In this document: one piece after another, positions 51,732-61,847 of the stretch
How the letters are laid out: every line of letters starts with the position of its first letter
Numbering within the stretch: the stretch's first letter is position 1
Source of the DNA: Marsupella aquatica
Taxonomy: Eukaryota > Plantae > Marchantiophyta
NCBI GenBank assembly: GCA_973895155.1
Contig: OZ316896.1
Coordinates: 18,526,754 to 18,590,753, forward strand
Direction of reading: 5' to 3'
Length of the DNA: 64,000 nt
Made by a program: the position numbers and the translations under genes
Notes under the pieces: generated by a model
The model's database searches: none
What the model saw: the letters and a program-made list of their open reading frames with translations, nothing else
Told to the model about the DNA's origin: nothing

Positions 51732-54700
51732 AATCCTACTCAATTGTTGAATCCGCTGTGAGCTGTTCAGCTTTCCAATGCCCACATATAGAGAACCATT
51801 ATGGTAGTAGCATCAAAAAAGGGTTTGAGCCTCAAGCAGGTCTTGCAAATTAAAGCAATTCATGTGGCTAGCTAAACATAGTTTCTAAATATTAAATGCT
51901 CCTCACTGGTATTCCAATAATTCCTCCTTTTGCGTTGTGTTAGTAATGCTGCTTTTGGTGAACATTACATCTAAAATTTGAGACTTGTTTTTATGAATTT
52001 TTGTGGATTGCAAGTGTGCTCTCTATTGTAGACAATAGTGTAGGTTTCCTGCACAACATGGGGTCTAATTTGGTTGCCTAGTCTTAAGCCTCATCCCTGA
52101 AAAGCTCACATGGAAAAGGATTGGAATATAGAGTCAAGTTTGTACAAAGAACATTTGGTGCCTTTGAGCCCATTCAACGTACATTGTGTCTTCCATCAAA
52201 TGTAAAAGATAAAGTTTAGAATATTTTTTCATTTATATCTGGGGATGAGGGGTAACTTTGATGAGTTCCAGAAGTTTCGGGGGGTATCACTGGAATATGT
52301 TATTGAAATAAAGAAGCTTATGATTGCACAATGCTTTGGTACATGTTGACAGGATCTGTGTAAAGAAACATCCACATGAGAAACACAGTTATGTTTCCTT
52401 TTCATTTAGAAATGTTACCACACCGTATAGTCCTTGAGTTTTGTATTTCTTTGAAAAATTGGATTTGAGTGCATACAAATACGTCGTCGAGGAGCCCAGG
52501 TTGGAGACCATGAAGTAATATTCTAGCTCGATTGCATCATGTCTTGTAATTTTTGCATATCAATCATTTGACCCCGATGATTGTTTGGTATTTGGCTCAC
52601 CACTCTGCACAAAAGTATACTTGTTTGTATGCAGTACAAGAGGAAAAGCTGTACATATGGAACGTTCTGTGAGGGCTCATTACAAAGTTCTATTTTAATG
52701 ATTCAGTTGGCTAAAAGTTTTGCTCATATTTTCGGAGAAATATTGTGGTTTGGTATTCATCCATCTTAGTCAGATGTCTGACCAGCTGATGAACTTGTCA
52801 CATCAAATGATTATCATGTGTACTGACACGTGAGTTAATATCTTAGAATGTGGGAATGTCAGAATGTGTGTATGGGAAAGAATCTATTTCTCCTTTTATG
52901 AAGCTGTGTTAACTGCTTAAATGTCATTTCATTGTACTGTTTTTGAGACAATTTCCAGCTTGCACAGTTGATTTTCTAGCATGGGAACATGACCAGGAGA
53001 TAAAAAAAATTAGGGTAAGAAAACTTTATGTTTGGATGGGTTCCATGACATGAGATTTTAATTTGCAAACGAAGTTAACTCAATCTATAGGACTCCATTA
53101 GCTCATAGTTGATATCCTATAAAACTATGTAGAATTCTTTCTGTCTTCTTGTGACCAAAGAGCTATATGGTCACGGACCTGGTTTGGTTATATTGAAGTC
53201 CACAGGCATTGAGGTGGGTTGGGATGACCCTTACTAATCACTCACTGAGGATCTCAGCATACCCAAAGGACCTAGGTTTTGTACTACTGTATGATAGTCA
53301 CCGTCCCAAAGGGATTTCTAGCGTATGACAACACTACTGTAGCCGCAAGTTCTCATCCCCAGGCCCCAAGGTTTCTCTCATCCATGATACCCAAATAGTA
53401 TATCAGGTCCATGACCAAAAAGCTATTTGGTCGCAAGAAGACTGAGTGGATGTCTCCTCTGTATTTTCGAATGCTTGGCTATGTCTTTTCCTGCACCAGT
53501 AAGGGCTCTAAGTTCCTAATTTTTTATTTTTTTTATTTTTTTTTCAAGGCTAATTAATATAACATGTCATATGATAAGGCATAATGTTTGGATTTGAGGT
53601 TCACAAATATGTGATAGGCTTAATGTTTGGATGTCAAGGTTATCCATAGGATTTGTGACAAATAGTAACATCAATATTATTAGAAGTGGGTCCCATTTCA
53701 CCCAGTCTTGCTGGGTCAATATCTGATTATGTGCACGATATTTGCTACCAATTGTTTCCTTACTAGTCGACTAACCTTGGGATAGAGAAGTGAGTTTTCA
53801 GGTCTATAAACCCTCCTTGTGAATCTTCTTTTGATTCTCATTGAAGGTCATGAGCCATAACCCCTAGTTTGCCAGCAATGGAATTCCCTGAGCGATTGAA
53901 TCTGTGTTATTGACACTGATCAGGGCTACAACTCCTTCCCCGGACTGAACTAGGTGAACCCAGTGTTACTGAGATCTCAAACTGGAACCTATAGTCCAGG
54001 GTAGGGTAATCCAGAATACTAGGACCAGATTCTTGAGAATGTACTGCAAAAATACCATAGGGCAATATGATATCACTTAATACATTAAAAAAGACTTGGC
54101 ATTGAGTGAAAGGCAAGAAAATTGAAATTATGGTTTTTTCCTTGGAAGAAATTATGGTTTTTTAATCTCCACTCATGGGTATAAGCTAACAAACCAATCC
54201 TCTTATTGGGGCCAATGGCTTCTAGCCGTGAGGGGGGATAAGCTACCCTACAGACCAGTAAAGTACACTAATTTTTGTAGGAAACAAAGGTTACTGGTGG
54301 GTGAACATTTTTAATCCATGCTTTTATTTTCATAATCTTGTGTTAAATTCACAGCTGGATAATTTTTTCCGTACAATTGAACCCTTAGACTACTAAGTCA
54401 GCTCGCTATTGTACGAGATGAGAACCACCGTAAAGAGGAAGGCCAGAAGATGAGCGAGGCATCCTTTTTTTTATCATTGCCCCCAGATTCAGCAGTAGTA
54501 CTGCTGTCACCAATACTGATGTCATTAGTACTACGTTTACCAGTGCTGTCATCATCAGGTTTTTCATGGGGATCTCATCGTCTCCCTCGGTAGCTCCCAT
54601 TGAAGTGCGATATACTTGGTGCAACTAATAACCTTTGGGAAAGGTATATTAATTATTATTGGTCCAAAAAAGGGAGAATTGCGTAAGGCCCGGAGGGCTG

Positions 54701-55074
54701 GTGGTAGCTTTGGATTTCACCACTGAAGCAAGCCAATAGAAGTGAGAAAGCTTGCTAGGACGCTACGCGCCTCACAAGCATTAAAATTTTGATTGATCTG
54801 GATTCACATTTGCCAAGAATGGGCGTTATAGCAAAATAGAAGAAAAAACCCACTGAAGCAAAAAACTTATGCACAAAAACTGATGTTTGGCAGGGTTCTA
54901 CCCTGCAAATGAAGTGTTTGAAAAATCTTTCCGACTTCCACTGGTCATCTTGTTCTCACATCTCAGAGCCAGGGCTGTAGCGGAGTAAACCCCCACCCAC
55001 ACCTCAGTTACCCTATACATATAGAGGGAATGGGTTACCCAACAAAACACTAACACACTGTAGTCAACTAGGGT

Positions 55075-55425
55075 GTCTCAAACCTGCTGTTCCCCTTTTA
55101 GGTTAATTGCTACAACACCTTTGGGGCAAGCTTCACCCAAGGGGGTTTTGGTTTGAGACAAATCACAATACTTGCCCGCAAGTCAACTCAACATCATCAA
55201 ATTTGATTATTTGATCATTTTCTGAAGGACGCCAACACATTTCAGGATGTCTCAAACCTGTGGTTCCCTTTTTCGGTTAATTGGTACGAGAAATTTTCTG
55301 TCCGCATTCCAACTCTAATTGAAACACAATTTTGGGGCAACCTTCACCCGGGGGGTTTTGGTTGGAGACAAATCACAACATGCACTTGCCCGCAAGTTAA
55401 CTCAACATCATCAAATTTGATTATT
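55075..55425. repeat. ~140-175-bp tandem duplication hosting a MITE in its second copy
   Basis: GTCTCAAACCTG...CTTGCCCGCAAGT.AACTCAACATCATCAAATTTGATTATTT occurs at ~55075-55212 and ~55249-55425. Further TTCTGAAGGA.GCCAACACATT copies lie at ~55760 and ~55848. Confidence 0.75.
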
Positions 55426-55428
55426 TTT

Positions 55429-55753
55429 CTCGGGGGGGTCACTTCCACGGAAGTGACACATCACGTGCGACGAAGTATAGGCCCATTTAAATGGGTGTGA
55501 CGGAATACTTCCAAAGTTTGGTGGAAGAACACATAGAACATGTTTTATTGACTGGTTGACTTTAAAGAACACATAGGCCTATTTAATTGTAAATATACTT
55601 TCTTTAAAGTTTATAGGGGTTTTTTAATAAAAATGACAAAATTTAAAGAAAGAAAGGGTTTTGCAAAAAAATAATTTTCACTTATAAGTTAGGGGGTTCA
55701 AATCCTAAAACGTCGCACGCGATGTATGGCTCTCCATATAGTGACCCCCCGAG
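55429..55753. mobile_element. MITE, 325 bp, with imperfect ~45-bp TIRs and an 8-bp TSD
   Basis: The termini are CTCGGGGGGGTCACT...ACATCACGTGCGACG and CGTCGCACGCGATGT...AGTGACCCCCCGAG. TTATTTTT flanks both sides (55421-55428 and 55754-55761), and the interior is AT-rich. Confidence 0.85.
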
Positions 55754-56163
55754 TTATTTTTCTGAAGGATGCCAACACATTACAGAGGTATAATTATGCT
55801 TCTTAGACGCCAAAATAAAACTGTTACTTAATGGGATTTAATTATATTTCTGAAGGACGCCAACACATTCCAGAGGTATAATTATGCTTATTGGACCCCA
55901 AAATAAATAAATTTGTGACTTAACGGGACTTATGAGTGATCCAGCCAGTTGATAGACCTTAAATCAATGCAACCTCATTGTGCTGATTGGGGAGAAAGTT
56001 GGGTTTGGGGGTCCATCAAGCAAATAGCTTCACATTTTGCGCCCAGTTTTAGGTGGTGCAGACTCCTCTCCACTCACGGCCTAAGTTTTAGTGGCGGCAT
56101 CAGTTTTTGCAAAGCACATATTTTCAACCCTAGAGCATTCAGGTGACCTAAAATCTCAACAAG

Positions 56164-57880
56164 ACATGTAGTTTGGGAAGGCCTACTTTGACTTTAATTA
56201 TCAGCTATTACACTAAACTATGCATCTCGGTTAATTATAAAATCACATGTACAATAGTTTGTGAAGGCCTACTATTACTTTACTTATATGCGATTTACAC
56301 TAAACCATGCATCACCGGTTAATTATAAAACCTTCACAGAACATGTAGTTTGTGAAGGCCTACAATTACTTTAATTATCAGTGATTACACTAAACCATGC
56401 ATCATCGGTTGATTATAAAATCTTCACAGAACATGTAGTTTGTGAAGGCCTACTACTACTTTAATTATCAGTGATTACACTAAACCATGCATCATCGGTT
56501 AATTATAAAATCACATGTAGTTTGTGAAGGCCTACTATTACTTTAATTATCAGCGATTACACTAAACCATGCATCATCGGTTAATTATAAAATCTTCACA
56601 GAACATGTAGTTTGTGAAGGCCTACTACTACTTTAATTATCAGCGATTACACTAAACCATGCATCATCGGTTAATTATAAAATCTTCACAGAGCATGTAG
56701 TTTGTGTAGGCCTACTACTACTTAATTATCAGGGATTACACTAAACCATGCATCATTGGTTAATTGTGAAATCACATGTACTTTGTGAAGGCCTACTATT
56801 ACTTTAATTATAAGTAATTACACTAAGCCTTGCATCATTGGTTAATTATAGAATCTTCATAGAACATGTAGTTTGTGAAGGCCTACTATTACTTTAATTA
56901 TCAGCGATTACACTAAACCATGCATCATCGGTTAATTATAAAATCACATGTACTTTGTGAAGGCCTACTATTACTTTAATTATAAGTAATTACACTAAAC
57001 CTTGCATCATGGGTTAATTATAGAATCTTCAAACATGTAGTTTGTGAAGGCCTATTGCTACTTTAATTATCAGGGATACACTAAACCATGCATCATCGGT
57101 TAATTGTGAAATCACATGTACTTTGTGAAGACCTACTATTACTTTAATTATAAGTAATTACACTAAGCCTTGCATCATTGGTTAATTACAGAATCTTCAT
57201 AGAACATGTAGTTTGTGAAGGCCTACTACTACTTTAATTATTAGCGATTACACTAAACCATGCATCATCGGTTAATTGTGAAATCGTATGTACTTTGTGA
57301 AGGCCTACTATTACTTTAATTATCAGCAATTACACTAAACCATGCATCATCGGTTAATTATAAAATCACATGTAGTTTGTGAAGGCCTACTATTACTTTA
57401 ATTATCAACAATTACACTAAACCATGTATCATCGGTTAATTATAAAATCACATGTAGTTTGTGAAGGCCTACTATTACTTTAATTATCAATGATTACACT
57501 AAACCATGTATCATCGGTTAATTATAAAATTTTCACAAAACATGTAGTTTGTGAAAGCCTACTACTACTTTAATTATCAGGGATTACACTAAACCATGCA
57601 TCATCGGTTAATTGTGAAATCACATGTACTTTGTGAAGGCCTACTATTACTTTAATTATAAGTAATTACACTAAACCATGTTATAGAATCTTCACAGAAC
57701 ATGTAATTTGTGAATGCCTACTACTACTTTGATTATCAGGGATTACACTAAACCATGCATCATCAGTTAATTATAAAATATTCACAGAACATGTACTAGA
57801 ACATGTACTTTGTGAAGGACTACTACTGTTACTTTAATTATCAGCAATTACACTAAAGCATGCCTTTCATCGGTTAATTA
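56164..57880. repeat. Tandem satellite array of about 20 units of 82 or 90 bp, with partial ~172-bp higher-order structure
   Basis: The unit is ACATGTAGTTTGTGAAGGCCTACTATTACTTTAATTATCAGCGATTACACTAAACCATGCATCATCGGTTAATTATAAAATC, with or without TTCACAGA. Unit starts include 56341, 56431, 56513, 56603, 56693, 56774, 56864, 56946, 57033, 57114, 57204, 57286, 57368, 57450, 57540 and 57622. Confidence 0.96.
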
Positions 57881-57937
57881 GGCCTCTCTCTCATAGAAAT
57901 CAGATTGTCAAGAAAGTGGAGCACAATTGAGGTCGCC

Positions 57938-58477
57938 ATGTTCAAACGAACTCAGTTCTCGAGGATAACTCCGCTCCACTCCGCCATCACTCGCGAATCT
58001 GTCATGGCAATTCTCCACAATCATGAGCAAATGATCGACCTCAACCCTATCGTCGTTGAACGCCACCCCATCGCACCACCCCACAACGCCAGCGCCGACG
58101 AATTGCGCTTTCAATGGTACCGAATTCAGGATGGAATGCAGGCAGGATATGCGAAATACGACGCCGGTTTCCTGAATCGCGACGATGGACTCCAGACGCG
58201 GGTTTATGCTCCATTAGGGTTGAAAATCGACGGCAAATGGACGCTGTGTGCGGGATTGCCCGGCGACTTGGAAGGCGAGGCGGTGGAGAAAATGGTCGAT
58301 GGTGAAACAAAGCCGGAGAAAGGGTTGTGGCTGCGCGAGGATGTGGATATGGAGTGCAATTTATTCCTGACGTGGTTTGCGAAAAGAGCGATGAAGAAAT
58401 CTCATGCTGAGTTGGTGCAGAGACTGACCGCAAGAGCGGAGAAGTTATCTGAGGCAAAGCAAAACTTAGGCGTCTAG
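57938..58477 (+). CDS. Intronless protein resembling a filamentous-fungal uncharacterised family (DUF7053-like); candidate horizontal transfer
   Basis: Clean 179-codon ORF from ATG 57938 (context GCCATG), GC-richer than its flanks. The motifs KRT.F..ITPL...ITRE.V...LHNH..MIDLNP.V.ERHPI.PP, GLQT..YAP.GL.I.GKWT, GLWLREDVDM.CN and K..MKK.H..LV.RL are colinear with a family I recall from ascomycete proteomes. Confidence 0.8.
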   Translation: MFKRTQFSRITPLHSAITRESVMAILHNHEQMIDLNPIVVERHPIAPPHNASADELRFQWYRIQDGMQAGYAKYDAGFLNRDDGLQTRVYAPLGLKIDGKWTLCAGLPGDLEGEAVEKMVDGETKPEKGLWLREDVDMECNLFLTWFAKRAMKKSHAELVQRLTARAEKLSEAKQNLGV

Positions 58478-58903
58478 CTCTGGGGCAGATTCTGGACCGA
58501 TCCAGGTTTAGGGGGTCTTCTTGCGACTCAATTCCGGACGGACTAGTTGAGCAGTACGAGCTTGCCTGGCCTGGCCTGTCTAGGGCAACGAAGATGTCTT
58601 GAACGTCTCAACTTCGCATTCTTGCGCAAGGTTCTTGAACTGTTCGAGTGAAATATATGCATTTGCAAAAAGTAAGAATCCGCAACGTCCAGTCTGGATT
58701 CGTCGTTTCTGCAAATGTATAGTGTTTCACTGAAGCACATGGACTGGAAGATGAGATAGGTCACGGGATCAAGGTTTGATGGACACTCGGCTGGACGATG
58801 AATTCATGCGCTTCTTATTGCTTGGTGCTGAATGTTTTCAGTGATGCGCACATGTGCTACCTCCCCAACTGTCAGACAGTAGCGGAATTAAAGTTGGAAC
58901 CTG

Positions 58904-59294
58904 CAGATCGACCTTCATTTGTTAGCAGGGAAACGAGTTCTCCAAGACGTCGCACATTATCCCTTCTCTTTCGCGGGGAAGTTTCAAGCCGCAAATTGAG
59001 TAAATACGGCAAAGGCCTTGCGTGACAATCACGAAGGATGCCAATACAGATCACGATCTAGTTATCAACTTCCAATCCCGCAGGGGAACCAGTCTTCCTA
59101 GACCTCGCAGATTATCCCTTCCCCTTACCCGGGGATTTTCAAGATGTAAATTGAGTAACAATGGCAAAGACCCTTGCCTGGCAATCATGGAGGATGTTAT
59201 GTACAGATCATGACGTACTCTACCAGCTCCCATTCGGCCATTCTCCACTCTCGTTACTGCTCCCATTCGGCCATTCTCCACTCTCGTTACTGCT
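58904..59294. repeat. Diverged ~145-bp tandem duplication followed by a 33-bp perfect duplication
   Basis: GCAGGG.AAC.AGT...TCGCA.ATTATCCCTTC...TTTCAAG...AAATTGAGTAA...GGCAAAG occurs at ~58904-59042 and ~59048-59198. GCTCCCATTCGGCCATTCTCCACTCTCGTTACT appears twice at ~59226-59291. Confidence 0.7.
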
Positions 59295-61847
59295 CGTTGT
59301 TTAGGTAGCCTTGTCTATATTGAACAATGCAAAGAAATGTTCTTACGAATTCCGTACTAAGGGATCCAAGCCTGAAATCCCAGTTGACGTCACATCCGTG
59401 TGTTGAAGTTCCTTAATTTGTTACATGAATGTCCTAATTGAAAAGAATGATCAACTTTCAAATCCAGATTAAACATCAGAGCCCTGCATGGAGCCGTGTG
59501 CGAATTAAGGAGATCCCAGTACTAAATCCACGCTGACGAAGTGCAGCAAAGTATTATCAAGATATTTCCAAGCGATCTCAATTTCACATCCACATTGCTA
59601 TCAGCCTGCACATTGACCCGTGGAGCAAAACAATTTCTATGAAACTTCTGAGGGAATCTCTGTTTCAATTTATCCCCAAAATCCTCAACAGCAATCGAAT
59701 GTGTTACCTTCCTTGATAAACTCCGTGGTACTCTCTGTTAGCTTACTGCGAAATTTGTAGTGTAAGCACTTGATTTTCATTTCATCGGGAATTTCAGTGG
59801 ATCAGCAATCCGTGTGAACAGTACATACAGCTTCCATTACCGCCTGTGCGCGCTAGGGTTCTCAAAAACAGAGGAGCTGCAGATGATCTTTAAGGAGCCA
59901 TGAAAGACCTCCATGCCACGTCGGGGGATTTCCTGAGACAGATGATGGCACCTCTGAACGTATCATCGCTGGAAAGCACCGACGACCTGTGAACTTTTTG
60001 TTTGGGGATCGTACGAAAAGTTGGCACAACGGGGTACGGTGCCACGTTTTGGAAGAAGTCCTCGGCATTTCTAGAAATCATTTTCCTTCTGATTTTTGGA
60101 AAATGATCCTCAGCTTTGGTAGCAAAGGAATGGCCACGTTCCGCTTGAATGATTATGAATGACCCCAAATTAGACACTGGAGTAGTTTAGCAGCTTCCCG
60201 TTCCACTCTAACGACCATTCGAGTGAAAGCTCGTCAAGCAAGGATGCACTGCTGCAGTGACAGGAAACAATACCTGATTCGTGTGCTCAATTGTCCGGAA
60301 TTGAACTGACAGATGATGCTGTTTCTTTTGGTGTACTGACGTACAGAAGGGGCTTCAAATTGGCCTTTCCCGAACGCAAAATAACCGTCTGGGATCAAAG
60401 TTGTGTACATTAATAAACATGTACGTGATGTTCTCAGTGACGTGTTCTAGTTTGAATGTGCATTGCTCCTGCAACTTTGCCTCGCCTCAAATAGCTTGGA
60501 TCGTGCTCCCAATTCATGCATGTGCTCGCCAGACATTTAGCAGCATTTCGCAACTGTTCTAGATTTGAATTACCTTCGATTCACAGGATGTCCTTCGGTG
60601 GTTTGGTTTAGTAACGAGCTTGAAATTATCTCTTCCTGAACGCAAATGAACTTAGCGGCCAGAAGAGAAAACCATGTGACAAAGGTTTGCACATTTAGTG
60701 GCCTGTTTGCAAGATCCTGTTCTGATTTGAATTTGTACTGAATTTCTGCAACGTTTGGAATTGTACCAGCTTTGACTGAAAAAGCTTCCATGTTCCGTAG
60801 AACGGGGGACAGCAGGCCAATCCGGAGCTCCGTCTGGCGACTTAGCGCCAGTTCCAATCTTTCATCCGAACCAGTGCGCCAAATCTCCTCTCATCTCTTC
60901 GCTCAGTAGACCTTCGACTGCTCTGTTCGTTCAATTGGATCCATGTTTCGCATGAATATGTCGAATTCTGTCCAGCGCTGGCATTCCGATCGTATTCGCT
61001 CCATCGGGCTATTTATCTCGCTACTCTTGCAGCGACTATTTGTCGATGAACCACTCCATCTTCCTAGTAGTTTCGGAGACTCTCTGTGTCTTTCGCAGAG
61101 GGAATTTTGCAGACTGGTCGTCTGAAGAGCGTCTGGGAGCCCGAAAATCGTCCTCGAGGTACTTTGCATCTCAGCGGCTGCTCTCTCGCTGCATTCAGAC
61201 ATAATATTTGTGGTGAAGGATCTCGAAGCATGGATTAGTCAGCCAGGTGCCTTTAGAGGAGGTCATCTTGAAAATTGAGCCAATTAGCTTGAAACTAGAT
61301 CATCTCTTCGCGTCTGGACATAGCTGTTTATAAAAACCTTGCCGAGGAAAAGGAAGTCTGCGTGATTGTTCTTGGATCAAGGGAGGCACGTGACGAAGAC
61401 AATTCCTTCTGCACTCGAATGGGGGAACAGGATCTTACTTGGTGGTTTGCAGCTGATTATGAGGTGAATAATATCTCGTAGCCCTTCTATCTTGCTCTCC
61501 ATCCTTTCTTCCAAATTCTGCATTTGTTTAAAAACGAGCTCATCCTTTTGCCCTAATTCAAAATAGATCATGACTTCCATTCACTTGCACTCAACTTAGA
61601 TGAGAACGGTGTGATTCTCATCGGTACACGAAATTCACTTAGTGACTTTCAGATGTTTTGCCAATTAAAGGTATAAGCACAAGGACTCTGCTCGAAATGA
61701 GCAGAATACAGGAGACAGAACATAAGAAGCATGCAAGACAGTTCTAAGAAACGAGAGCATTGATTGACGAACACATTCTGGCAAATCATGAACTGGAAAG
61801 CAAACGCATGAATATAGGAATTCATCTGAGAGCAGATAAATTTCGAA

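Noticed and set aside
56164-57880. CRISPR-like array
   Set aside because: Units are contiguous near-identical repeats with no unique spacers, there are no cas genes, and the context is eukaryotic.
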